Source: Actinomycetes bacterium (GTDB lineage: Bacteria > Actinomycetota > Acidimicrobiia > Acidimicrobiales > SZUA-35). From it: a DNA stretch of 64,000 nt. A program made the position numbers and the translations under genes. The stretch lies in contig JAJRXF010000188.1 of NCBI GenBank assembly GCA_024276425.1, forward strand, positions 5,545-69,544, given 5' to 3'. The notes beneath the pieces were generated by a model. It had not been told where the DNA came from. It saw nothing but the letters and a program-made list of their open reading frames with translations, and ran no database searches. Of this stretch, positions 1-9,052 are shown in pieces. Each line of letters opens with the position of its first letter. The first letter of the stretch is position 1.

Positions 1-555
1 GACCAGCGAGGTGGCCGCACCAGCAGATGGGAAGGTGGCCCCACCGGGAGATGCCGTCACCGTATAGCCGGTAATAGCCGAACCGGTATTGACCGGAGGA
101 TCCCAGCTCACCGTCACGTCGGCCCCGGACGCGGCAGCTGAGGGCGCGGCCGGAATGCCAGGAACCGCGTTCGGGGTGACCGAATTGGAGGGCGGGCTCG
201 TGGCCTCTTCGGCCAGAGTATCGATGGCGGTGACGGTAAAAGTATAGGCGGTCCCCGCAGTGAGCCCCGGAACTGTGGACGTGGTAACCGTGGGACCAAT
301 ACCGGTGATGGGAGCGATGTCAGCCGGAATCGCGGTGATGGTGAAACTGGCCAGTGGCGTCCCGTTTGTAGCGGGGATATTCCAAGCGAGATCGACCGAA
401 GTAGCCGAAACCACCGTCGCATTCGGAGCAGCCGGTGCATCGGGGGCTGCAGCGGCGACCGGTGAGGTGGCGAGCAACAGTAGTGACATAGCCACAACCA
501 GTACGGCGAGAAGCTTTTGTATCTCGCTCTTTCCCTTGCCTGATGTTCCGCTCAC
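1..555 (-). CDS. Secreted fibronectin type III repeat protein, N-terminal part (3' end lies beyond the left edge)
   Basis: Not in the ORF track because it runs off the window. Manual minus-strand translation from GTG at 555 gives VSGTSGKGKSEIQKLLAVLVVAMSLLLLATSPVAAAAPDAPAAPNATVVSATSVDLAWNIPATNGTPLASFTITA...GLTAGTAYTFTVTAID...DVTVSWDPPVNTGSAITGYTVTA. This reads as a basic n-region, hydrophobic core and AAA cleavage-like site, followed by two FN3-like repeats (SV.L.W...G..I..Y.V pattern). GGAGC sits about 6 nt upstream of the GTG. Confidence 0.6.
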   Translation of the reverse strand, partial: MSGTSGKGKSEIQKLLAVLVVAMSLLLLATSPVAAAAPDAPAAPNATVVSATSVDLAWNIPATNGTPLASFTITAIPADIAPITGIGPTVTTSTVPGLTAGTAYTFTVTAIDTLAEEATSPPSNSVTPNAVPGIPAAPSAAASGADVTVSWDPPVNTGSAITGYTVTASPGGATFPSAGAATSLV

Positions 556-759
556 AAAAATGCTCCACGAGTCCGGTGGCCCACAACCCCACCATTGTGC
601 CCCATCGGCACGCCCAATCGCGTGCCACAGAGGCGATTTCACCCACTCAGCTACCGACTGTGAGTGCTCGGCCACAAAGGACTTCCTAGGTCCTCGACCC
701 TTCGACCGCCCGGACGTGCCACAATCAGTTCCCAAAGGGAAAACGAAAGGTATCGACTC

Positions 760-2406
760 ATGACAGTTAACCCAGTAGTTCAGATCATTCCCGGGGACGG
801 CTCGGTCGCCAGATCTGGACCACTCACGGTTATAACATCGGGGCCCGCCGAAACCGGCACGGCGGCTATGGCCATGATCGATGCCCTGGCTTCGGTCAAC
901 AACTGGACATTTGAGGCGGTCGCTGGTGCCCTCCATGAACTGGTTGTCGCCCACAACCCCGCTGGCGTAGTTGCCCTTCTCGATGACCCGACCGAGCCGA
1001 TTGTCTTCGTCTTTGATCAGGCCGAAGCTGTTGTCGGCGACATCCGACACAAGGGAAGTGGCCGAGCCGGGTGGACAACCGAAGTGGTGCCCGGACCCCT
1101 AGTCGAACTGAGGCTGGCATCAGTTCCCTTCACAACTCCAGAGTCGAACACCGATCTTCGATCCGGGTTGGTTCGGGGCGCTGGCCTTACGGTTCCCTTG
1201 GCAGCTCCACCCCAAGCCGATCCCATGCTCACACCGCCAGCAGAAGTTCCCGAAACTTCCGTCGTGTCCGAACCAGCAGTGGAGGCCACACCCTTTGTCC
1301 CGCCTCCTCCCGTATCGGATGACCCAGGTGCAAACCTTGACGCCCCTCAACCGGGGGTAGGGAACCTTCCGGAGGCAGAAAACCTTCCGGAGGCAGAAAA
1401 CCTTCCGGGGATAGAGGATCTTCCAGTCGTGGCCCCAACCTCGGTCACCATCCCAGCAGTGGAAGAGCCTACGGACCAGGTGACGGTCGTCCACGCCGTC
1501 GAGGTGCCCGAACCAGGACCGGTGAGCCAGCCTCCCCCGGCCCCCGAAGCAGATCCTCCAATGGAGGCTGGGCCAGCGAATGAAGCGGGGCCACCGGTGG
1601 ATGCACCTCCAGCACCCCCAGTACCAGAATTACTCCATCAAGACGGTTCGGTTCAAGACGATTCGGTACAAGACGGTTCGGTACAAGACGGTTCGGTACA
1701 AGACGATTCGGTACAAGATATTGCCGACACCAGCCCAACAGGAAACGAGTTGGCCTCGCCCGTCGCTGATCTTCTCACCCCGGACAACTCAGCCCCAGAG
1801 CCCCTTCCAGACATTCCGCCCGCACCACCGCTGTCTGATCTGGCCGACGCACCCTCCGAGATACCAGCACCACCACCGACACCACCTCTTCCCGACCTGG
1901 CCGACGCTCCACCGCCAGTGCCGCCTCTATCTGATATTGCCCCGCCAGACCCTGGCATGACCCCACCGCCCTCCTCCATGCCCGCGCCTCACGTGTCACC
2001 ACCGCCAGCACCAAGCTGGTCAGATCCTGCGCCCCCACCCCCCGGCCCCGCAATGGCGCCACCTCCCGCCGCTGCACCGCCCCCGCCCATGCCACCTCCC
2101 GCCACTGCACCGCCCCCGCCCATGCCTGCTACTGACGTGGCACCGCCCCCAGCGCCAACACAACCACCACAGCCAACACAACCAACCCCAATCGATCCGC
2201 CCATGGGGGCGCCGCCACCCTCACCATCCTGGGGAGCTCCCGCTCCTGGTGCCCCCATCGAGCAGCCCTTTGGGGGGCTGCAGGGGCCAGCGAATCCACC
2301 GCCACCCCCTCAGGGGGCTCCGGATGCTCCGACCCACGCACCCCCTGCCCCCCAGGCTCCACCAAACAACGACGCCCCACCGCCCCCGCCACCACCGCCG
2401 GCTTGA
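760..2406 (+). CDS. Proline-rich repeat protein: about 150-aa N-terminal globular part plus about 400-aa Pro-rich low-complexity tail
   Basis: ORF 664..2406. I prefer the ATG at 760 (MTVNPVVQII...), which is preceded by GAAAGG 9 nt upstream. No signal peptide is visible. The C-terminal two-thirds are dominated by P/A with several in-frame tandem repeats. Confidence 0.6.
   Translation: MTVNPVVQIIPGDGSVARSGPLTVITSGPAETGTAAMAMIDALASVNNWTFEAVAGALHELVVAHNPAGVVALLDDPTEPIVFVFDQAEAVVGDIRHKGSGRAGWTTEVVPGPLVELRLASVPFTTPESNTDLRSGLVRGAGLTVPLAAPPQADPMLTPPAEVPETSVVSEPAVEATPFVPPPPVSDDPGANLDAPQPGVGNLPEAENLPEAENLPGIEDLPVVAPTSVTIPAVEEPTDQVTVVHAVEVPEPGPVSQPPPAPEADPPMEAGPANEAGPPVDAPPAPPVPELLHQDGSVQDDSVQDGSVQDGSVQDDSVQDIADTSPTGNELASPVADLLTPDNSAPEPLPDIPPAPPLSDLADAPSEIPAPPPTPPLPDLADAPPPVPPLSDIAPPDPGMTPPPSSMPAPHVSPPPAPSWSDPAPPPPGPAMAPPPAAAPPPPMPPPATAPPPPMPATDVAPPPAPTQPPQPTQPTPIDPPMGAPPPSPSWGAPAPGAPIEQPFGGLQGPANPPPPPQGAPDAPTHAPPAPQAPPNNDAPPPPPPPPA
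1363..1410 (+). repeat. 18-bp in-frame tandem repeat, about 2.6 copies (AACCTTCCGGAGGCAGAA; encodes NLPEAE)
   Basis: Units at 1363..1380 and 1381..1398 are identical; a third partial unit starts at 1399. Confidence 0.85.
1639..1719 (+). repeat. 15-bp in-frame tandem repeat, about 5.4 copies (CAAGACGGTTCGGTA/CAAGACGATTCGGTA; encodes QDGSV/QDDSV)
   Basis: Five contiguous 15-nt units at 1639, 1654, 1669, 1684 and 1699, plus a partial unit. Units differ at 1-2 positions only. Confidence 0.9.
2072..2126 (+). repeat. 33-bp-period direct repeat (CTGCACCGCCCCCGCCCATGCC x2; encodes APPPPMP modules)
   Basis: Identical 22-mers at 2072..2093 and 2105..2126. Confidence 0.8.
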
Positions 2407-2418
2407 AGGGTCTAGCGC

Positions 2419-3765
2419 CTACCCAAAGATCCAGTTCGTTGGCTCAGACCCTTGCAGTTCGCTATCGCGGTAGCGGTCGCGTGCCCGCAGGGTCGCCCTT
2501 CGGAGAGCTTGTTCGGTGTCGATGCCACGCTTGGTGGCCTGCTCAACCACTGCCAGGAGCATTTGCCCAAGCTCAACCTCACCGGCGTGCTGGACGAACC
2601 CAGCGTCGATCGCCGCCCGAAGCTGATCGATCGATGGCCGATGCTGGGAGCGTTGAGCTTTTTCGACCACCTTTGTAGCCAGCGACAACGCCGGGAGCGA
2701 TTCGGGAATTCCGTCCATCACCGAACTCCGCCCCTTTTCCTTCTTCTTAATGGCCTCCCAGTTTTGTTCGACATCGCCAGCGGAAGAGACCTCGACCTCG
2801 GCGAAGACATGGGGATGTCGAGCAACCAGTTTGTCATGCACCACACGGGCGACGTCGCCAATGGTGAACGCCCCGGCCTCCGAGGCAAGCTCCGCCTGGA
2901 AAAGAATCTGGAACCAGAGATCTCCCAGTTCTTCTTCCAGATTGGTGTAGTCCTGAGTGGTCGCTAGCCCATCCAGAGCATCGAGTACCTCATAGGTTTC
3001 TTCTAGTAGGTAACGACGCAGCGACTCATGAGTTTGCTCCGCATCCCAGGGGCACTCCTGGCGTAGGCGGTGCATTAACTCAACGGATCGCCGTAACTCA
3101 AGCCCCACCGGAGCCTGAATTTCCGAGAGATACAAGGAGGTCAGGTGGTCAGGCTCAAAAGAACGATCAAGCTCAGGCCAAGAAAGCTCGAATATTCTCT
3201 CGTCCGGAGTACCCAATCCCTGAAGCACGGTGACCTTTTGTTCCGGACCCGCATCGATTGAGAGCTTGATGTCAGAAAGTACCCATGGCGCATGAGCGTG
3301 AGCAACCAGCACCGGACCTCTGACGCCATCAATCTCACGGCCAAAAACGTGACCGTCAACCAGCCGAACACCTGCCTCCACCGGATCGACACCAAGGCGG
3401 GCCCAAGCCACATCAAGAAAGGACAACGACGGGACAAGCTCGACCTCAACCCGCCCATCCTCAAGCAGATGAGTAACCGACCGCTCCAGCACCAACGGCG
3501 AACCAGGAACGACGTAGACAACTCCCTCTTGGGCTAGCGCGGCGGAGACCAGTTCTTCCGCGATGGCGCGATACACCTCCGGCAACGAGGCACCATCGTC
3601 ATAAATCCGATCGAACGTCACCGGATTGGGAACCCGATGGGCCGTCGGATGACGAGTGGTCCGCAGGAAACACTGACTAGCTGACTGGATAGCGGCGACC
3701 GTGGCTTCGGTCAGATCACCCGTCCCACCTGGGCCAAGTCCACAGACCGTCAGTTGCGCACGCAC
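2419..3765 (-). CDS. mazG: Tetrapyrrole-methylase-like domain fused to MazG nucleoside triphosphate pyrophosphohydrolase (YabN-type)
   Basis: 448 aa. The N-terminus LTVCGLGPGGTGDLT is typical of TP-methylase-fold proteins. The C-terminal half carries MazG repeats (ECPWDAEQTHESLRRYLLEETYEVLDA..., EEELGDLWFQI, HPHVF). Confidence 0.85.
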   Translation of the reverse strand: MRAQLTVCGLGPGGTGDLTEATVAAIQSASQCFLRTTRHPTAHRVPNPVTFDRIYDDGASLPEVYRAIAEELVSAALAQEGVVYVVPGSPLVLERSVTHLLEDGRVEVELVPSLSFLDVAWARLGVDPVEAGVRLVDGHVFGREIDGVRGPVLVAHAHAPWVLSDIKLSIDAGPEQKVTVLQGLGTPDERIFELSWPELDRSFEPDHLTSLYLSEIQAPVGLELRRSVELMHRLRQECPWDAEQTHESLRRYLLEETYEVLDALDGLATTQDYTNLEEELGDLWFQILFQAELASEAGAFTIGDVARVVHDKLVARHPHVFAEVEVSSAGDVEQNWEAIKKKEKGRSSVMDGIPESLPALSLATKVVEKAQRSQHRPSIDQLRAAIDAGFVQHAGEVELGQMLLAVVEQATKRGIDTEQALRRATLRARDRYRDSELQGSEPTNWIFG

Positions 3766-3773
3766 AGCTCGCG

Positions 3774-4733
3774 CTACTGGTCCAGGGGAGGAACAACAAC
3801 CGACCGGGTGGTATCCCAGAATCCGATCTGAGGGTTGACTTCAACCGCTGGCAGTGCGTTCAGAGTCTCACCGATCCGCGTGCTGGCCAAAGTCGAAGCA
3901 TCTGTTCCCGAAGCAGGGCTTGTCTCAAAGCCATCAATCACGATGACGTGAAACCCAAACTGGGTCTCAATGGGCCCCAGCAGTTCGCCCTCAGCCCCAG
4001 CCAGCACTGCATCCCGAAACTCCGGAACAAAACGCTCAGGATCAGAACAGCCAAGCGATCCGCCCTGAGCACCACTACCGGGGTCGAGCGAAAGCTCGGT
4101 GGCCAAGGTGGCAAAGTCACCACCGTTGGACAACTGCTCGATCAGGTCGTCGGCTTCGGTTTCAGTGGCAACAAGGATATGGCTGGTACACGGGAGTGTG
4201 ACCATCTCAGGCTCAGGCTGATCAGCGAACAGGATCTCGCCCAGTGTCGCCTGTTTGGCCCGGATTCTGGCCAATGATGCTAGGTATGGATCGAGTTCTG
4301 CCACCACCTCCTCGGTCACAGCCTCGTCTTCAAAAAGGCGGCCGACATCTCCACGAAGGCTAAGACGCTCTGTCTCGATGGAGGCATCACTCGTGGTCGC
4401 ACCCTCTTCGGACAACAGACTGTCAATGACCTTTTCGATGACCAAAGTGGTAAGGAGTTGGGCTTCGATTCCGGGGGGCATAGTCCCGCTAAAGGCACTC
4501 TCAATAAAGCGCGGACTGGACTCGATTGAGACCAAGATTTGGTCAAGTTCGGCGCTGGAGACTTCGACTGAGTCGCCAGTTGAAAGCTGAACGGTGGCGG
4601 CCGGGTCCCCTGCACCACGGGTCACGCCACAAGCTGAGGCCACTACAGCAATCGCTGCGAGCAGGCCGATGAGTACACGATGAGGGGCAGGAAAGATCTT
4701 CACGGCGACAAAGGCTAGGGCGCTAGGCCACAT
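3774..4733 (-). CDS. Parvulin-type peptidyl-prolyl cis-trans isomerase, probable lipoprotein
   Basis: PpiC/parvulin signature HILVATETEADDLIEQLSNGGDFATLATELSLDPGSGAQGGSLGC...FGFHVIVI. Lipobox-like VVASAC near the N-terminus. Start is uncertain (GTG 4745, ATG 4733 or GTG 4703). Confidence 0.8.
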   Translation of the reverse strand: MWPSALAFVAVKIFPAPHRVLIGLLAAIAVVASACGVTRGAGDPAATVQLSTGDSVEVSSAELDQILVSIESSPRFIESAFSGTMPPGIEAQLLTTLVIEKVIDSLLSEEGATTSDASIETERLSLRGDVGRLFEDEAVTEEVVAELDPYLASLARIRAKQATLGEILFADQPEPEMVTLPCTSHILVATETEADDLIEQLSNGGDFATLATELSLDPGSGAQGGSLGCSDPERFVPEFRDAVLAGAEGELLGPIETQFGFHVIVIDGFETSPASGTDASTLASTRIGETLNALPAVEVNPQIGFWDTTRSVVVPPLDQ

Positions 4734-5751
4734 CCCAGGTGGCACCGGAGTGAAGAAGCGAACGCAAATCGCCAGGTCCCTGCTGTTCGGCCGCCTTCAG
4801 CAGCTGCTTTCCGACCGATTCTGCGTACTCAGGCTGCTCGACTGAACGGAACACGCCAAAGGGCGTCGGTGACTGACGATCATCTGTCATTGAACCGAGG
4901 GCGAAGGCGACGGAGGGGTCGGGATTGTTCTCATCGTGGATGGCAATGCTGTCCAGCCCAACGTCCGCAACCTCAACAACCGTCGCACCACCGCCATGCA
5001 TCACGATGCCTCGTTGGTTGTCTGCCCCAAAGAGCATGGGCTCGCCGTGAACGAGATTGATCATCATCTCATCTCGATTGGAGCGCTTGACAATGGCATC
5101 GAATGCCCCATCGTTGAAGACATTGCAGTTCTGGTAGATCTCGACCAAGGCAGCGCCGTTGTGGTCATGGGCCCGGCGAAACACGTTCATCATGTGCTTG
5201 CGGTCAAGGTCATGGGTGCGCGCCATGAACGTAGCTCCCGCACCCGCGGCCAAAGCCAACGGCTTGAACGGCGCATCGATCGACCCCATCGGGGTGGACT
5301 TGGTGACCTTGCCAACCTCGCTGGTTGGGGAAAACTGGCCTTTGGTCAGACCATAGATTTGATTGTTGAACAGAAGAATCTTGAGGTTGACGTTACGACG
5401 CAGGGCATGAATCAAGTGGTTTCCACCGATGGACAACATGTCTCCGTCACCCCCAATCACCCATACGTCAAGGTCTGGTCGGGCAACGGCGAGCCCAGTG
5501 GCGATGGCAGGGGCACGACCATGAATGGTGTGCATCCCGTAGGAATTCATGTAGTAGGGGAAACGCGCCGCGCAGCCGATTCCAGAAATGAAGACCGAGT
5601 TTTCACGTTTTACGCCAAGTTCAGTGTGCAGAAACTGAATGGCAGCCAGGATGCCATAGTCACCACAGCCGGGGCACCATCGGACCTCCTGATCAGAGGT
5701 CCAATGTCCCCGTTTAGTTGGATCAATGTTGACAGCGCTGACGGTAGTCAT
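4723..5751 (-). CDS. korB: 2-oxoglutarate:ferredoxin oxidoreductase, beta subunit
   Basis: 342 aa. WCPGCGDYGIL and GIGCAARFPYY plus GGDGD (TPP-binding) motifs. ATGA overlap with the upstream alpha subunit. Confidence 0.9.
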   Translation of the reverse strand: MTTVSAVNIDPTKRGHWTSDQEVRWCPGCGDYGILAAIQFLHTELGVKRENSVFISGIGCAARFPYYMNSYGMHTIHGRAPAIATGLAVARPDLDVWVIGGDGDMLSIGGNHLIHALRRNVNLKILLFNNQIYGLTKGQFSPTSEVGKVTKSTPMGSIDAPFKPLALAAGAGATFMARTHDLDRKHMMNVFRRAHDHNGAALVEIYQNCNVFNDGAFDAIVKRSNRDEMMINLVHGEPMLFGADNQRGIVMHGGGATVVEVADVGLDSIAIHDENNPDPSVAFALGSMTDDRQSPTPFGVFRSVEQPEYAESVGKQLLKAAEQQGPGDLRSLLHSGATWDVA

Positions 5752-7628
5752 GCCGCTCCTCCATCGTTGTAGGTATTCATGGCATCGATGATTTGTCTGG
5801 CGGTATAGGGCAGACCCTGCATCTTGGTAATGGACTTGGCGTCTACAAGGAACTCTGAGCGGAGCAACTTGACTAGTTGGCCCAGGTTGAGTTCTGGCAC
5901 ATAAATGTGCTCATAGCGAGACAATATTTCGCCCAGGTTGGGGGCGAAGGGAGAGATATGAGTTAGGTGGATCCGATCCACCGGTCGTCCTTCATCTCGC
6001 AGCAACCTGGCTGCGTAGGTAATAGAGCCAGCGGTCGACCCCCAGCCGACCAGCAAGGTGTCAGCATCGCCTGACCCCTCGACCTCAACCAGGGGAATGT
6101 CCTTCGCGATGCCATCAACCTTGGCCTTACGCAACCGAGACATGATCTCGTGGTTCGCTGGAGAGTATTCAACTGTTCCCTTTCCATCTGCCTTCTCCAG
6201 GCCCCCGAGCCGATGCTCAAGACCGGGCGTTCCAGGCAGAGCCCAAGGCCGAGCGAGCGTTTCGTGGTCTCGCAGGAAGGGGTAAAAAGTTGGGTTCCCG
6301 TTCTCATCGACCGCGTTGGTCTCAGTGGCAAACTCGACCGATATATCGGGCAAAGATTCCACATCGGGCAAATTCCAGGGCTCGGCCCCGTTGGCTAGAT
6401 AGCCGTCGGTGAGCAAGATCACTGGGGTCCGATACTTGAGGGCGATTCGCGAGGCCTCAATAGCCATATCGAAACAGTTCGACGGACTGTAAGCGGCCAC
6501 GACCGGCAAAGGAGACTCACCATGTCGGCCATATACCGCTTGAAGAAGGTCGCTGGCTTCGGTTTTTGTTGGCAGCCCAGTGGAGGGTCCGCCACGCTGG
6601 ACATTGATGATTACCATTGGCAACTCGGCCATATTGGCCAGGCTGATGGTCTCGCCTTTGAGGGCAACTCCAGGCCCAGATGTTGTGGTGAACGCCAGGT
6701 GACCGCCAAAGGCAGCACCAACGGCCGCACCCGCAGCCGCAATCTCATCTTCGGCCTGGAAGGTCCGAATACCAAAGTTCTTGTGTTTGGCCAACTCGTG
6801 CAAAATATCTGACGCTGGAGTAATGGGATAGCTACCCAGGAAGATCGGCAACTTGGCCAACTCGCCCGCGGCAATCATTCCCCAGGCGGTGGCGGCGTTG
6901 CCTGTGATGTTGGTGTATGTCCCTGGCTCATGGGGGGCGGCCCGAACCTCGAAGTGATCGGCGAACATTTCGGTGGTTTCGCCATAAGCATGCCCAGCCT
7001 TAAGGGCGGCAATATTGGCCTCCACAACCTCGGGCCGCTTGGCGAATTTCTCCTCGACCCAGTCGATCGTTGGCTGCAACGGACGGGTGTACATCCAACT
7101 GACTAGACCCAAGGCGAAAAGGTTCTTAGCTCGCTCGGCATCCCGCTTCTTGACATCGATGTCAGCAACAGCGCCAACAGTGAGCGCGGTCATCGGGACC
7201 TCGTGCACGATGTAGTCGTCCAAGCTGCCATCGATGCGGGGATCCACCTCATATCCACATTTTTCTAAGTTCCGCTCACCAAAGGCGTCGGTGTTCAGAA
7301 TCACCGTTCCGCCAGACTTAATGCGGCCAATTTGGCTCTTGAGCGCCGCTGGATTCATAGCCACCAGCACATCTGGCTCGTCACCCGGCGTCCAGATCTC
7401 ATGGTCCGAGATATGAATCTGAAAAGCCGAAACACCAGCGACAGTTCCTTGAGGAGCCCGAATTTCGGCCGGATACTCAGGCAAAGTCAAGACATCGTTA
7501 CCCGCTAGAGCACTAGCGGAGGTAAATCGATCTCCGGTGAGTTGCATCCCATCGCCTGAATCTCCAGCGAATCGGATAATGACATGGTCGATGTCAGTGG
7601 GGTCAACTCGATCAGCAGTATTGGTCAT
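5748..7628 (-). CDS. korA: 2-oxoglutarate:ferredoxin oxidoreductase, alpha subunit
   Basis: 626 aa. Typical KorA layout (IRFAGDSGDGMQ..., YPITPASDILHELA, TTTSGPGVALK). Translationally coupled to korB. Confidence 0.9.
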   Translation of the reverse strand: MTNTADRVDPTDIDHVIIRFAGDSGDGMQLTGDRFTSASALAGNDVLTLPEYPAEIRAPQGTVAGVSAFQIHISDHEIWTPGDEPDVLVAMNPAALKSQIGRIKSGGTVILNTDAFGERNLEKCGYEVDPRIDGSLDDYIVHEVPMTALTVGAVADIDVKKRDAERAKNLFALGLVSWMYTRPLQPTIDWVEEKFAKRPEVVEANIAALKAGHAYGETTEMFADHFEVRAAPHEPGTYTNITGNAATAWGMIAAGELAKLPIFLGSYPITPASDILHELAKHKNFGIRTFQAEDEIAAAGAAVGAAFGGHLAFTTTSGPGVALKGETISLANMAELPMVIINVQRGGPSTGLPTKTEASDLLQAVYGRHGESPLPVVAAYSPSNCFDMAIEASRIALKYRTPVILLTDGYLANGAEPWNLPDVESLPDISVEFATETNAVDENGNPTFYPFLRDHETLARPWALPGTPGLEHRLGGLEKADGKGTVEYSPANHEIMSRLRKAKVDGIAKDIPLVEVEGSGDADTLLVGWGSTAGSITYAARLLRDEGRPVDRIHLTHISPFAPNLGEILSRYEHIYVPELNLGQLVKLLRSEFLVDAKSITKMQGLPYTARQIIDAMNTYNDGGAA

Positions 7629-7825
7629 GTTGTGTACTCCAAGTGAGCGAAATCCATCGCGGGAGCGTCACTCTGACCAGAAGGTGCTAGTTCAAAGACC
7701 AGCCCCGTTGCTGGTTACGACGGTGGCAACGGTACACCCGAAATGGTCAGGAACCCCAGAGGAAAAAGAATCAAATTCCCTCGCCTAAATGGTCGCCCCA
7801 GATGTGACTGATGTAACTTGGCTCC

Positions 7826-9052
7826 GTGAGCGAAAACCGGGGACGCAAAGGCCTCTCTGAGCCCTTAACTACCAGGTTAGACGGCTTTGGAACAACGATA
7901 TTCGCCGAAATGTCGGCTCTGGCGGTTGAGACCGGCGCGCTCAACCTCGGACAGGGCTTTCCAGACAGCGACGGACCGGCCGAAGTTTCTGAGGCCGCCA
8001 TTCGAGCCATTCGAGATGGAGTCAACCAGTATCCTCCTGGTCCGGGACATCCCGACCTCCTTCTGGCCATTTCCGAACACCAACAACGGTTCTGGAATCA
8101 CCAGGTGGATCCGAACGGCGAAATCCTGGTCACCGCCGGAGCCACCGAGGCCCTAGCTGCCTCGTTCTTGGCCCTGTGCGAACCGGGCGACGAGGTGGTG
8201 GTATTCGATCCGACCTATGACTCCTACGCGGCTGGAATCTCCATTGCCGGCGCCGTCATTCGTCCAGTCACCCTTCGACCCGAAACAGACCCGAGCACCA
8301 ATCAAGTCACCTACCACTTCGATGAGGCCGAACTGAGGGCCGTATTTGGACCCAAGACTCGCATGCTCCTTCTCAACACTCCCCACAACCCCACGGGGAA
8401 AGTGTTTAGCCCCACCGAACTCGACCTCCTAGCCGAACTCTGCTGCCACCATGATGTCATCGCGGTATGCGACGAGGTATATGAGCACCTCGTATTCGAG
8501 GGCCAGCACCAACTATTGGCCAAAAAACCAGGAATGACAGAACGAACACTCACCATCTCTTCGGGGGGTAAAACCTTCTCTTTCACCGGGTGGAAAGTCG
8601 GCTGGGTAAGCGGCCCGCAAGTCTTAGTGTCGGCGGTACGAACGGCCAAACAGTTCCTGACCTTTGTGAATGCTGCACCCTTCCAGCCTGCCATCGCGGT
8701 CGGACTCCGACTCCCCGACCAATATTTTCGAACCTTTGTTGAAGACCTCAGAGCAAAACGAGACCTCCTCTGCAACGCTCTTGGCGACATCGGCTTCGGA
8801 GTCCACCGACCACAAGGGACCTATTTCGCCACCGCCGACATCGGTCCACTCGGATTCACCAACGGGATCAAGTTCTGCCTTGACCTTCCCCGGACCGCGG
8901 GAGTTGTCGCGGTCCCCTCCGGGGTCTTCTACCAGCAGAAATACATTGGGAAGATCGAGCCTGGAGCAAGCCTGATTCGATTCTGCTTCGCGAAAGACAA
9001 GACCATCCTGACCAAATCAGCAAATCGACTGAAGAAGGCATTCGCCCAATGA
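7826..9052 (+). CDS. Class I/II PLP-dependent aminotransferase (glutamine transaminase K / methionine aminotransferase-like)
   Basis: 408 aa. NLGQGFPD, NTPHNPTGKVF and SSGGKTFSFTGWKVGW (PLP-lysine region). Confidence 0.85.
   Translation: MSENRGRKGLSEPLTTRLDGFGTTIFAEMSALAVETGALNLGQGFPDSDGPAEVSEAAIRAIRDGVNQYPPGPGHPDLLLAISEHQQRFWNHQVDPNGEILVTAGATEALAASFLALCEPGDEVVVFDPTYDSYAAGISIAGAVIRPVTLRPETDPSTNQVTYHFDEAELRAVFGPKTRMLLLNTPHNPTGKVFSPTELDLLAELCCHHDVIAVCDEVYEHLVFEGQHQLLAKKPGMTERTLTISSGGKTFSFTGWKVGWVSGPQVLVSAVRTAKQFLTFVNAAPFQPAIAVGLRLPDQYFRTFVEDLRAKRDLLCNALGDIGFGVHRPQGTYFATADIGPLGFTNGIKFCLDLPRTAGVVAVPSGVFYQQKYIGKIEPGASLIRFCFAKDKTILTKSANRLKKAFAQ

Noticed and set aside
1639-1719. Regularly spaced 15-bp repeats that could superficially suggest a CRISPR-like array
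   Set aside because: The units are directly contiguous with no spacers, only 15 bp long, in frame inside a coding region, and encode a peptide repeat. This is not a CRISPR array.
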